In this document: positions 9,941 to 19,519 of the stretch, piece by piece
Numbering within the stretch: the stretch's first letter is position 1
Layout of the letters: each line of letters starts with the position of its first letter
Source: a virus
Reading direction: 5' to 3' (one strand)
Virus record (IMG/VR): IMGVR_UViG_3300010373_000002
Location: 49,402-113,401 of that record
Length of the DNA: 64,000 nucleotides
Notes under the pieces: model-generated
What the model was told of the DNA's origin: nothing
What the model saw: the letters and a program-made list of their open reading frames with translations, nothing else
Database searches by the model: none
Translations under genes and position numbers: made by a program

Positions 9941-11815
9941 ATGCCGCTCAGCGTCATATTTTGCGATGCCGGAGTCGCCGGTTCCTACTCGGTTCGGATC
10001 AGGCAACTCTACGGCAGCCGTTTCTTTTTCGACTTCGGCGCACTCGCCTTTTCCGCCAGTCCCGGAACCCCGTCGCACGCCTTGACGGCGACCTCGGGAG
10101 CGATCGCGGGCGCGCTCGAATACTTCCTGGCCTTGACGCCGGTCAGCACTTGGATCGACGGCCAATACGCCGCCTATATAGATAACGGTTCCAACACGGT
10201 CGATATCGCCGGTTTCATTATGATCAACGGCGACTCGATTCCGTTAAGCCTCGCCCTGATTACCTCGTCGATCTTCGGAGCGACCGCCTCGTCGTTCAAT
10301 ACCGGCGGCACGATGGGAGCCAAGATCAACGCGGCAGGATCGGCCGGAGACCCATTGGCGAACCCGACCACGACCTACTCGGCCGGCGGCACGGTCGGCA
10401 ACCTGATCGTCACCAACCTCAACGAGTCGATCACGGCGGCGGCTTCCGCAGTCACTCTGGCGGCGGGACAAGTTCCGGCTCACTTCACCGCTTTGGCGAT
10501 CGACTTGGCATCGGGCGGCGTGACCGTCAAGACGAACAACGACAAGTCTAATTATGTCTTGGCGGCGGGACAAGTTCCCGGCAATTTCACGAGCCTTCAA
10601 ATCGACGCTTCCACGGGCGGCGTCACGGTCAAAACCAATAACGACAAGACCGGCTACGCCTTGTCGGCGGGCGAGCATAACCAGATCGCCGTCGATGTCT
10701 TGGACGCTCCCGCTTTGACCCACGACATCAACCTTACGATCGGCGCGAAGATCAATCTCTCCGGTTCCGCCGTCGATCCGCTCGCCAACGCGCCTTCGGT
10801 GTACGCCGCTCCCGGCACGGTCGGTCATCAATTAGTGACCAACCTGGATGAGATGATCAGCGCCGCCGCCGCCTCGGCCACTCTGGCGGCCGGTCAAGTG
10901 CCGGCCAACTTCACCGCCTTGGCAATCGACTCGGGAACCGGCGGCGTGACGGTTCATGCGAACTCGGACAAAACCGGCTACGCCTTGACCACTTCGGAGC
11001 ATACCGCCATCGCCGGGGACGTCTTGAACGCTCCGGCGGCGAGCTACGACACGAACTTGACGATCGGGGCCAAGATCAACCTTTCCGGTTCCGCCGTCGA
11101 TCCGCTCGCCAACGCCCTTTCGGTGTACGCGAATCCGGGAACGGTCGGCAACCTGATCGTGACCAACATCGACGAGAAGATCACTCATGCCGGAGACAGC
11201 GTGACTTTGGCTCCCGGTCAAGTTCCCGCCTTCTTCACCAGTCTCGCCATCAATCAACAGACCGGCGGCGTGAACGTCTTCGAGAACCTTGATAAATCCG
11301 GTTACGCCTTGACCTCGGCCGAACATCTCGCCGTTTCCTCGGACATCTTGAACGCGGTCGCTTCCACTTACGACGTCCCTTTTTCGATCGGAGCCAAGAT
11401 CAACGCTCTAGCGGTACTTGCCCCCGGCCAACTGCCGACCAACTTCTCGGCGATGGCGATCGACGCTTCCACGGGCGGCGTGACTGTTCACACGAACCAA
11501 GACAAGACCAACTACACCATTCTCGGCTCGTCGGGAACCGGCGGCATCTCGATCAATCACAACACGCCGACCACGGACAACCTTAGAGCGGTCAACACGG
11601 CCGGAGTCGGTATTCCCAACGTCCAAATCTTCGCCTTCCTGGCGAGCGATTACCAAGCCGGCAACATCGGCTCGGCGTTCCTGCAAGCGACGGCGGTCAC
11701 GGGACCGGACGGACGCTGGCTGAACACGATGATGCTCGCGCCGCAGACGTACACGTTCCTCTTCGGCGACCCCGGCGAATTCCAAACCGGCGCGAAAACC
11801 TTAACGATCACATAA
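9941..11815 (+). CDS. Repeat-rich virion fibre-like protein
   Basis: 108-aa tandem units (GAKIN..DPLAN..GQVP.NFT.LAID..GGV.V..N.DK.GY). Confidence 0.7.
   Translation: MPLSVIFCDAGVAGSYSVRIRQLYGSRFFFDFGALAFSASPGTPSHALTATSGAIAGALEYFLALTPVSTWIDGQYAAYIDNGSNTVDIAGFIMINGDSIPLSLALITSSIFGATASSFNTGGTMGAKINAAGSAGDPLANPTTTYSAGGTVGNLIVTNLNESITAAASAVTLAAGQVPAHFTALAIDLASGGVTVKTNNDKSNYVLAAGQVPGNFTSLQIDASTGGVTVKTNNDKTGYALSAGEHNQIAVDVLDAPALTHDINLTIGAKINLSGSAVDPLANAPSVYAAPGTVGHQLVTNLDEMISAAAASATLAAGQVPANFTALAIDSGTGGVTVHANSDKTGYALTTSEHTAIAGDVLNAPAASYDTNLTIGAKINLSGSAVDPLANALSVYANPGTVGNLIVTNIDEKITHAGDSVTLAPGQVPAFFTSLAINQQTGGVNVFENLDKSGYALTSAEHLAVSSDILNAVASTYDVPFSIGAKINALAVLAPGQLPTNFSAMAIDASTGGVTVHTNQDKTNYTILGSSGTGGISINHNTPTTDNLRAVNTAGVGIPNVQIFAFLASDYQAGNIGSAFLQATAVTGPDGRWLNTMMLAPQTYTFLFGDPGEFQTGAKTLTIT
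10322..11520 (+). repeat. Intragenic 324-bp period repeats
   Basis: AAGATCAA anchors at 10322, 10748, 11072 and 11396 (spacings 426, 324, 324); the first unit has an extra 102-bp sub-repeat. Confidence 0.85.
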
Positions 11816-11825
11816 GGAGTTTTAC

Positions 11826-12806
11826 ATGCCGGTCGTCTTAAATCCGATCACGGAAAACGACAATTCGCTGATCACCTTGAGCCAGTTGACGACGGCGATT
11901 CCCAACCTGTCGGCGGCCCAACTGGCGGATGCCCCTGCGGCCATCGTCGCCGCGTCGATCGCCATCAATCAGTGGACTAAAAATATCTTCGTTTTGACCG
12001 ATTACGACGAGATTTATAGTCCGTCCGTGACCGACGGACGACTGATCCTCAAACACTTTCCCGTCAACACGGTCTACCGGGTCTCCTCGGGGAAGACGCA
12101 AGCCGCCGCCGTCTTCAACTTCGCGACCACGCTCAACCAGCGAGCCTACATGGCGTTCTCCTACACCGGCGACGTCGCCTCGGGTCTCACGTATACCGGC
12201 CTCAACCTCACGCGAGTCTCCTCGGCGGTTTCGACGACGGTCAACCTCTTATTTTCAACTTACTTGACCATTCAATCTTTGGTCGATGCGATCAATGCCC
12301 TTGGAAGCGGCTGGGACGCCACGGTAACAACCGGCATGGGTCAGTGGCCCACCACCGAGCTAACCGGCGGCGAAGCGTCTCAGGGATGTATGGGAGGCAC
12401 TGGGGCGTGTCTGGCCGTGTTCGCTCAAGACATCGCCTACACGTCGCTTGATCAGCCGACCGGCGTCATCAACATCGTCTATCCCCAGTTCACCAACTTC
12501 CTTTATCAGAACTCGGGATCGCTGATCGAGTATTTCGACGGCGAGTTGCCAGGCCAAGGCGTCATCCCTTCGTTGTCTCCCAGGCAGGTTCGAGTCGCCT
12601 ACAACTCGGGATACGCGACGATTCCCGCCGACGTTCAAAGGGCGTGCATTTTAGCGGTGAACAACATCCTCAACTTCAGTCAACAAGATATCACGCTTCT
12701 GAAAGAGGATGTGCGAAATCATAAGATCGAGTTCAACACAAAAGGCATGATCCTCACGAAAACCGTTAAGCAAATCCTCTCGCCTTACAAAGACTGGAGG
12801 GTTTGA
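11826..12806 (+). CDS. Head-tail connector (gp6/gp15-like) with a large insertion
   Basis: LITL..L, AAS.AI..W, V.Y.SGY..IPADVQRAC, ILSPYK motifs. Confidence 0.75.
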   Translation: MPVVLNPITENDNSLITLSQLTTAIPNLSAAQLADAPAAIVAASIAINQWTKNIFVLTDYDEIYSPSVTDGRLILKHFPVNTVYRVSSGKTQAAAVFNFATTLNQRAYMAFSYTGDVASGLTYTGLNLTRVSSAVSTTVNLLFSTYLTIQSLVDAINALGSGWDATVTTGMGQWPTTELTGGEASQGCMGGTGACLAVFAQDIAYTSLDQPTGVINIVYPQFTNFLYQNSGSLIEYFDGELPGQGVIPSLSPRQVRVAYNSGYATIPADVQRACILAVNNILNFSQQDITLLKEDVRNHKIEFNTKGMILTKTVKQILSPYKDWRV

Positions 12807-13153
12807 TGCGAGCCGTTTCCAACCGGATGACGCCGAACACGACGACGGTCTCTCCCTTCATCAACATCAACCAAGACGTCTCCGGCGGCAAAAACTACGA
12901 GTTCGGCGACGCGGGACCGCCGCTCAAGTGCTCGGTCCAACCGAAGTACGCGGTACGCATGGACGAGTTAGGCCGTGAAAACTTAGTCGTTTATTACGAC
13001 ATCATCTACCCGCTCGATCCGGGGATCAGGCCCCGCGACCAAATCAACTGGGTCGATAAGGGCAAGACTTTGTGGTGCGACGGCTCGATCGACGACTGCG
13101 GCATCGACAACGTGTGGCTGGTCACGGCGACGGAGCGGCCGATCTTGTCATAA
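12806..13153 (+). CDS. Head closure protein
   Basis: Position, size and CSVQP..IRPRDQI pattern. Confidence 0.6.
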   Translation: MRAVSNRMTPNTTTVSPFININQDVSGGKNYEFGDAGPPLKCSVQPKYAVRMDELGRENLVVYYDIIYPLDPGIRPRDQINWVDKGKTLWCDGSIDDCGIDNVWLVTATERPILS

Positions 13154-13163
13154 GGAAACATAA

Positions 13164-13607
13164 GTGGCAACGAAATGGCAATGGTCCGGCGACTCGCTTG
13201 AGAAAAAGATCAAGGCGCGGATCGCCGCCAACATGGCGATCGCCGGGAAACTGGTCAAAGAGAACGCTCGGAGATTGGTTTCGACAAAAGGCTACCGCAT
13301 CGTCCGAGCCGTGATCAACGTCGGCGGCGTCAGAAAAACCCGATCCCATCGCCATCTCGGCGTCACGACCTCGCGTCCCGGCCAATCGCCGTTCAAGCAG
13401 ACCGGCGACCTCCAAAATGCGATCGAATACAAGGTCGATAAGGACCAATTGATTCTCAAAGTCGGCACGAACGTCGATGCCGACGTTTATGGATACGCCC
13501 GAGCCTTGGAAGACGGGACCGCGAAGATGTTGCCGCGTCCTTGGCTCAAGAAAGCCTTCCTCGAAAAAGAAACCGAAGTCGTCAAGATCATCACCAACCT
13601 CTCCTGA
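13164..13607 (+). CDS. HK97 gp10-like neck/tail protein
   Basis: SRPGQSP..QTGDL..YARALEDGT.KM.PRPWL. Confidence 0.8.
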   Translation: MATKWQWSGDSLEKKIKARIAANMAIAGKLVKENARRLVSTKGYRIVRAVINVGGVRKTRSHRHLGVTTSRPGQSPFKQTGDLQNAIEYKVDKDQLILKVGTNVDADVYGYARALEDGTAKMLPRPWLKKAFLEKETEVVKIITNLS

Positions 13608-13650
13608 TTTCAAATCTCTATTAGTTCATTTTTCACAAGGAACGACCTTC

Positions 13651-14115
13651 ATGGCCGCCATCGACCTTTTCGTCAATTTGCCGTCCACCCCCCTGAGTGC
13701 CGGCGTTGCCAAAACCTCTTTGCAGATTACCGCGCCGACCAATCAGCGCTTGAAAGTCAAAGAATACGGCTTGTTCTTCGACGGGACCGTTTCGAACGCC
13801 TCTCCGGTCGAAATCAAGATCGCTCGCCAATCGAGTCCGGGCGTTTCTTTGGTGTCGGCGACCCCGGCCCCCAACGAGCAAGAGTTGACCGAATCGGTGC
13901 AATCGACCGCATTGACCGGCTCGCTCACCACTCAAACGGAACCGACCACCGGCTCCATTCTTGAGACGTTTACCTGTCCCGCGTTCCAAGGCCAGTACCA
14001 ATACGTCGCCACGCCGGGCCAAGAGATCATCGTCAAGGGCGGTCAGTCGCTCGGCTTCATCTGTAACTCGCCTTCCGCCATCAACGTGCGCGGCTTCGTG
14101 AAATACGAAGAGTGA
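13651..14115 (+). CDS. Hypothetical virion structural protein
   Basis: ATG after AAGGA; beta-rich, 154 aa. Confidence 0.6.
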   Translation: MAAIDLFVNLPSTPLSAGVAKTSLQITAPTNQRLKVKEYGLFFDGTVSNASPVEIKIARQSSPGVSLVSATPAPNEQELTESVQSTALTGSLTTQTEPTTGSILETFTCPAFQGQYQYVATPGQEIIVKGGQSLGFICNSPSAINVRGFVKYEE

Positions 14116-14119
14116 TCCA

Positions 14120-14169
14120 CATAGACGACCCCGTTTTTCATAATCTTATCATAAAGGGGTCGATCTATG
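14120..14169 (+). promoter_or_regulatory. Hairpin occluding the RBS and start codon of the tail terminator gene
   Basis: CATAGACGACCCC pairs with GGGGTCG(A)TCTATG: 13 bp with one bulge. Confidence 0.55.
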
Positions 14170-15192
14170 CCCAATATCATTAAACGCCGTTCCGTTTTGA
14201 CGAACAATCCTAGCGACCCGAGCACGGCTCCGGTTCCCAGCGATCTATTGATCGTCAACAAGAGGCAGATTCCTCGCCGCAGGCCGACCGAGTTATTGGA
14301 AAGCCCCGGCGAGGATTTAACCTTGCTCCGGCGGATCGGCATAGAGTTTCCGCACGCCAGGGGAGCGGTCGCCAAAAAGGGAAACGTCTTCTTGGATCAT
14401 CCCTTTGTGGTGATCAAGCAAGATTTATTTGTCGAATTCAACATGGCTCGGGCGGCGTCTCGTTACGTCGCCAAAAAAGGTTCGGTCTTCATGGCCGATC
14501 CTTTGATTCAAGCGATTCCGCCGCCTCCCAACCCGCAGCTTGCCGTCTTCAACGCGGGATATAAAGCCGCTCGCTTGGCTCGATTTGATCAGGGTAAGGC
14601 GTTCGCCGAAAGTCCGGTATTGCAAGCGGTCGGTCCAGGCGACTTTCCGGTTTCCTCCGTCTTTCGAGCCGGATACGACGCCGGCAGATTCGCCCGATTC
14701 GATCGGGGCAAGGCGTCCTCGGCGAGTCCGCTCCTTAGGTTGATCCTGCCTCCCCTGGACCTCTTGGAAGCGACGATCTCCTACCTCCAAGGTCAAACCA
14801 GTCTCAACGCCTTATTCGGCCCTCCGCCGTGGATTTGGGACGTCGCGCCGATGGGGCAGCAATTCCCCTTCGTCCGCTTGGTCGATGTCAACGAATCGCC
14901 CTATTACTATGCTTCCTCCGGGACCGAAACCGGCAACGAAATCGACCGCAACCACTTCCAAATCTCCGTGTTCACCCTCGGCTCGAAACTGCAAGCGATT
15001 CAACTCGCCAACGCGATTCGTTCCGTACTCAACGACGCGCCGCTCAACTTCCAAACCGGCACGCTGCTCATGATCCGCTGCTCGTCGCGAGCGGTGGCGA
15101 CCTTAGACCCCGATCCAGGTCCGGGCGGCCAAAACGTCTGGCATTCCACGCTCATGTTCGTCGCCGACGTCCATCGGCAACTCCCGACTTAA
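14167..15192 (+). CDS. Tail terminator/completion protein (DUF3168-like C-terminal domain) with a repetitive N-terminal extension
   Basis: IWDVAP..FPFV, FQISVF, LANAIR.VL in the C-terminal ~145 aa. Confidence 0.65.
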   Translation: MPNIIKRRSVLTNNPSDPSTAPVPSDLLIVNKRQIPRRRPTELLESPGEDLTLLRRIGIEFPHARGAVAKKGNVFLDHPFVVIKQDLFVEFNMARAASRYVAKKGSVFMADPLIQAIPPPPNPQLAVFNAGYKAARLARFDQGKAFAESPVLQAVGPGDFPVSSVFRAGYDAGRFARFDRGKASSASPLLRLILPPLDLLEATISYLQGQTSLNALFGPPPWIWDVAPMGQQFPFVRLVDVNESPYYYASSGTETGNEIDRNHFQISVFTLGSKLQAIQLANAIRSVLNDAPLNFQTGTLLMIRCSSRAVATLDPDPGPGGQNVWHSTLMFVADVHRQLPT

Positions 15193-15220
15193 TCATCATT
15201 TCTATCAAAAGAGGCTCATT

Positions 15221-15736
15221 ATGGGTGCTGTCGTCAGCGGCTCGTGCGCGTCCAATGCGCAAGCGACGCAAATTCCCGCCAATCCCAACCTGCCCGCGTA
15301 TGCCATCTCGCCGATCGTCTACACGTCATCATTCGGCAACGGCACGCTCGCCGACCAGATCGACTTCGTGTTCTACACGACGCTCTCTCTGGTCGCTTCG
15401 ACGCCGCAGACGATCACCGTCAACAGTCCCGGCAGCGACATCCTGGGAAACACCGTCACCTTTACGAAGATTCGCCGCCTGAGGATTCGCAACAACGCGA
15501 ACGCGGACGGCAAGATCGTCACCATCTCGCCGGGAGCCTCGAACCCGTGGCTGGCGATCATGGGCACTTCCACTTCGACCGTGATCATCCAGCCGAGCAC
15601 GGCCAACAACTCGGGATGGGTCGAGTTCGTCTCGCCGAACACGTCCGGCTACGCGACCAGCGGAACCAGCACCAGCCTCAAGCTCGATCCCGGCACGAAC
15701 ACGATGACCGTGGACATCGAAATTTGGGGTATCTAA
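15221..15736 (+). CDS. Hypothetical tail structural protein
   Basis: GAGG RBS; beta-rich 171 aa inside the tail module. Confidence 0.6.
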   Translation: MGAVVSGSCASNAQATQIPANPNLPAYAISPIVYTSSFGNGTLADQIDFVFYTTLSLVASTPQTITVNSPGSDILGNTVTFTKIRRLRIRNNANADGKIVTISPGASNPWLAIMGTSTSTVIIQPSTANNSGWVEFVSPNTSGYATSGTSTSLKLDPGTNTMTVDIEIWGI

Positions 15737-15761
15737 TTTTCATATCTAGGAGATTTTCTCG

Positions 15762-16175
15762 ATGACTCCCCAGAATGCTCGCGCCGCGTTCGTCACGTTC
15801 GGCGGGGTTTCCTTGCCCATCACCAAATGGGACGTTGACTCGCAAAGAGTGTTGACGGACACGACCAGTTCGGTCAATTACGATCCCACTTCCGACCTTG
15901 TTTGGTCCGCCCAATTGCCGGCGGCGGTCCACATGGCGGGCACGGTCGAAGTGATTTTGGATATCGCCACTTACGTCAGCCGATTTTCCGCCGACGTCTT
16001 CACTTCGGCCGGTGCGGTCGCCATGATTTTCGGCATCGACGCGACCCACACTTATTGTCACGGCAATTTCGACATTTCCGACTTCAAAAGCGGGGCGACG
16101 GTCGGCCCTCAGCCGGACACGATTAAAGCGACGTTTTCGTTCAAGTCGAACGGCGTCGTCACCTTTGGTTCTTGA
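15762..16175 (+). CDS. Major tail tube protein
   Basis: 137 aa, AGGAG RBS, ends ATFSFKSNGV; followed by a hairpin and the tape measure gene. Confidence 0.65.
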   Translation: MTPQNARAAFVTFGGVSLPITKWDVDSQRVLTDTTSSVNYDPTSDLVWSAQLPAAVHMAGTVEVILDIATYVSRFSADVFTSAGAVAMIFGIDATHTYCHGNFDISDFKSGATVGPQPDTIKATFSFKSNGVVTFGS

Positions 16176-16179
16176 TCTT

Positions 16180-16216
16180 ATGCGGAGCGGTTCATATCGG
16201 GCCGCTCCGCATTCTA
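16180..16216 (+). terminator. Stem-loop or terminator after the tail tube gene
   Basis: ATGCGGAGCGG/CCGCTCCGCAT inverted repeat with a weak T tract. Confidence 0.6.
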
Positions 16217-16234
16217 GTATCGCGAGGATAAGCT

Positions 16235-19200
16235 ATGGCCTCTAGCACGCTCGGATCAGTCGGTTCGGCCACGGTCGAAATCCTCGGCGATATTGCGCCT
16301 TTACAGGCGGCTCTGGCGACGGGAAAGGCGAACATTCAAAACTTCGCCAAGGAAGTAAATTCCGGCGGAAAACTCGCTCCGTTCAAGTCCGTCATTCAGG
16401 AACTCAAAGAGTTGTCCGCGAGTTCCAAGCAGATTCGGCAAGACTTCAAGAACGCTCAAGTGAGTTCGGCGGCCTTTGAGCTTTCTAATTCTAATCTAAG
16501 TTCAAGTTTAGATGTTCTATTCGAAAAGATTCATGCCGCCGCCACCGAATCCCAAAAGCTCGGGGCTTCCGAGGAGTCCGCGAATCTAGCGAGAAGTCGA
16601 TCGCTGGACATGCTTCATTCCCTGGAAAATAAAGTAACCGCGAACCGAAAGATATTAAGAGACAAAGACTCGTCCGAAACAGCTAAAGCATTCAAAGAAA
16701 AACAGAGGATTGCCGAGGAATCTTCTCAAAGGCTTTTGGATTATTCGAAAAGAGAGAGTAAATCTCGAAGCGAAGCGGCGAAAGAATTGGAGAGGATCGC
16801 TAAAAACAACGCAAGCAAAATCTCTTCTGCTTATAAAGAATCCGAGATCGAATCCGGCAAAACGGAAAAAGACTCCATCAAAGAGAAACAGAGGCTCGCC
16901 GACGAAGCCTCAAAAAGAATGATGGAGGGGTATGCTAGGCAAAACAAAGCAAGAAAAGACACAGAAGAAGAAGCGGCTCGGATTGTCGAGAACAATTCAA
17001 AGAAGATGCTTCAAGCCGAAAAAACTTCGGCGAAAGAAAGAGTGAGGACGGCAAAGGAGAGTGCGAAGGAAGAGAAGCGAGTTCGTATTGCGGCATTCGA
17101 AGAGATTACAAATAAAATTGTCGATCTTGAGCGTAAAACGGCTATTGCCGAAAGGAAGTTTACTTCCGGGAGCACGCCGACCAAAGAGTTTGCGAAACAG
17201 ACTCAGGAATTAAAGATAGCGTCGTCGAGACTCTATAAGCCCCTAGAAGACGCCGCGCTAGCCGCTCGCGATCTCGGGGTATCCTCCGAGTTCGCCGACA
17301 AGAAACTTGGCGACCTCAAATTCCGCCTTGATAAAATCAACGCGGGAATGCACAACGTCGCCAACACGACCAAGAACCGCCTCGGCCAAGGGATGCTTCA
17401 GGCCGCCTATGCCATCGACGACTTGCAGTACGGCTTTAGGGCGATCGTCAACAACATCCCCGGCGTCGTCATGTCGTTGGGCGGAGGAGCGGGCGTCGCG
17501 GGTGCGCTCGGAATCTTGGCGGTCGCGACCAACCTGGCGATTAACAATTGGGATAAGTTGATCGAAACCGGATTCCGCTGGGAGAACATCTCCGACGCGA
17601 TCGGCAAAAAGTTCAAAGAAGTCGGCGACGGAATCGCGCATATGTTTGACCGTCAAGTCAACATCAAGTCTAAACTTGAGGAACTTGAGGAGACCGTCAA
17701 AAAGTTGACGGACAAAAAACATAAAGTCGTCTTTGAACTTGATCTCTTGGATCAGGCCACCAAAAAACTAGAAGAATTCAAGAGCGCCGTCGATGAGTAC
17801 AAGTCTCTCGTCAACAAACCTTCGTCTCTCCAAGAGGCACGCGGAAAAATCATTAAGGAAGGTCTCGACGAAGAGAGCGACGAGGAGAGAACCGGCGCGG
17901 AGAAACTTGAAGACTCAATCCGCCGATATTTGACCGCGCATCCCGAAGAAATGAAAGACGAAGAGAAGTACGTCGAGAAGAAAAAGAAAGCCGACGAGAC
18001 CGAAAAGAAGCTCCGGGGAACCCAAGAAGCCTACCGCCAAGCGAACGAAGAAGCCGGAGCGGACATTTACAGCGACAAGTTTATCGAGTCTAAAACAAAG
18101 CAGATAAAAGAAGACTTGGATTTCCAGAGAAAAGAAGAATCCGAACAACTCAAACTGAGCACAAAAAACCGTAGCGAATTCCTCGCAGGGAGTCTCGCCA
18201 AAGGAAGCGCCGCGTCCTTGGCCGAAGTACGGGCGATGACCGACGCGGAACCGGGAGTATTCAAGGAAAACCTCTCTCCCGACTTCATTAAGTCTCTAGG
18301 CCAAGCCGGAGCCGCCGCCAAAAAGTTCAAGGAAGACAAGGCCATTGAAAAAGAAAAGAAGAAGAACAAGCCGATCGTCAAGGAATTCGAGGACAAGTAC
18401 AAAGAAGCCTTCCAAGACGTCCCCATGATGATCCATAGGGACGTTCCCCGAGCCGAAATCGTCAAGACGATCGAAGGCAGGTTGGCGGCGTCGGGCGTAA
18501 ATCCTAAATCGGTTCCCATTATGGCTCAGTTGGCGTTCAAGCAAGAGAGCGACCAATATACCGCAGCGGTCGCCAAAGACAAGACGGCCGCCGGAATGGG
18601 AGGAACTCCGGGAGAGGTCGATAAGGTGGTCTTCGGGCCGATCGCCAAAGACGTAAAATCGCTCGATAAAATCACCGACATGATTCCCGGTATGATCGCT
18701 AAAGGTCTTACCAAGGAAACGATCGAATCGGTTGTCGGTGGCTTGATTAGCAACACGGGGATTTCCAAGGCGAACGCCGGTCCTCTCGCCGCCAGAGCGT
18801 TCCTTCGTGGTCAAGCGAAATTGAATGCGGCGAAAGACGCCGACAATCTCGCTATGTTCAGCGGTAAAAAAGCTACCAAAGTTCAGTCTCTTTTGGGCAA
18901 TCCCGGCGCGAAAGCCGATAGGGAACTCAAGCACGACATCTCCGCCCTCAATCGCCAATACGGCAAAAACTTGGGCAGAAAGATCGCCCTTGAGCAAGAG
19001 AAGTCGGCGAGAAATAAAGAGTCGAATGACAGGCTCAAGAGGCAGATATCCGGGAAAGATAAAACCCAAAAAAGGATCGCCGAAAACGTCCTTAGAAAAC
19101 AACACGGATTCCTCCCCGAACTCTCCGCCGACGACATCCGAAGGAACTTGACCGGGGAACTCGCCGCCGGACTCGAAGGGGAACCCGGCGTCGATAAGGG

Positions 19201-19507
19201 TACTGAGTCCGCGATTGCCTCCGGCATCTACGACCGTGCCTTCGGCGACTTGGAGCATGGGAAAAAAGCCAAGTCTCTCGGCGGTCTGAAGCCTACGAAG
19301 CAAGTCAAGCCTCACCACGTCAAAACGAAAAACACCCCGGCAAGATTCGGCAAGCCCGGTAAAGCGCCTGCGGTTCCTCACGCTCCCGCGATGAACGTCT
19401 CCATGCTTGATAAATTAAATAAGGAAGTCATGAAGACAAATAAACTCCTTAGGGATGTCGTCGCGAACACCGGGAAAAACACGGTCGGCGTGGCCGCGTT
19501 CGTTTGA
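16235..19507 (+). CDS. Tape measure protein
   Basis: 1090 aa, helical and K/E-rich; N-terminal VGSATVEILGD; central YAIDDLQYG..IVNNIP..GGGAGVAG hydrophobic segment. Confidence 0.8.
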   Translation: MASSTLGSVGSATVEILGDIAPLQAALATGKANIQNFAKEVNSGGKLAPFKSVIQELKELSASSKQIRQDFKNAQVSSAAFELSNSNLSSSLDVLFEKIHAAATESQKLGASEESANLARSRSLDMLHSLENKVTANRKILRDKDSSETAKAFKEKQRIAEESSQRLLDYSKRESKSRSEAAKELERIAKNNASKISSAYKESEIESGKTEKDSIKEKQRLADEASKRMMEGYARQNKARKDTEEEAARIVENNSKKMLQAEKTSAKERVRTAKESAKEEKRVRIAAFEEITNKIVDLERKTAIAERKFTSGSTPTKEFAKQTQELKIASSRLYKPLEDAALAARDLGVSSEFADKKLGDLKFRLDKINAGMHNVANTTKNRLGQGMLQAAYAIDDLQYGFRAIVNNIPGVVMSLGGGAGVAGALGILAVATNLAINNWDKLIETGFRWENISDAIGKKFKEVGDGIAHMFDRQVNIKSKLEELEETVKKLTDKKHKVVFELDLLDQATKKLEEFKSAVDEYKSLVNKPSSLQEARGKIIKEGLDEESDEERTGAEKLEDSIRRYLTAHPEEMKDEEKYVEKKKKADETEKKLRGTQEAYRQANEEAGADIYSDKFIESKTKQIKEDLDFQRKEESEQLKLSTKNRSEFLAGSLAKGSAASLAEVRAMTDAEPGVFKENLSPDFIKSLGQAGAAAKKFKEDKAIEKEKKKNKPIVKEFEDKYKEAFQDVPMMIHRDVPRAEIVKTIEGRLAASGVNPKSVPIMAQLAFKQESDQYTAAVAKDKTAAGMGGTPGEVDKVVFGPIAKDVKSLDKITDMIPGMIAKGLTKETIESVVGGLISNTGISKANAGPLAARAFLRGQAKLNAAKDADNLAMFSGKKATKVQSLLGNPGAKADRELKHDISALNRQYGKNLGRKIALEQEKSARNKESNDRLKRQISGKDKTQKRIAENVLRKQHGFLPELSADDIRRNLTGELAAGLEGEPGVDKGTESAIASGIYDRAFGDLEHGKKAKSLGGLKPTKQVKPHHVKTKNTPARFGKPGKAPAVPHAPAMNVSMLDKLNKEVMKTNKLLRDVVANTGKNTVGVAAFV

Positions 19508-19519
19508 AAGTAAAACATT

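Noticed and set aside
9941-11815. Diversity-generating retroelement TR/VR pair
   Set aside because: The repeats are in-frame protein repeats with mismatches not confined to adenines, and no reverse transcriptase is in the window.
12585-12600. tRNA T-arm-like GGTTCGAGTC
   Set aside because: It lies inside a coding gene with no cloverleaf; I found no tRNA in the window.
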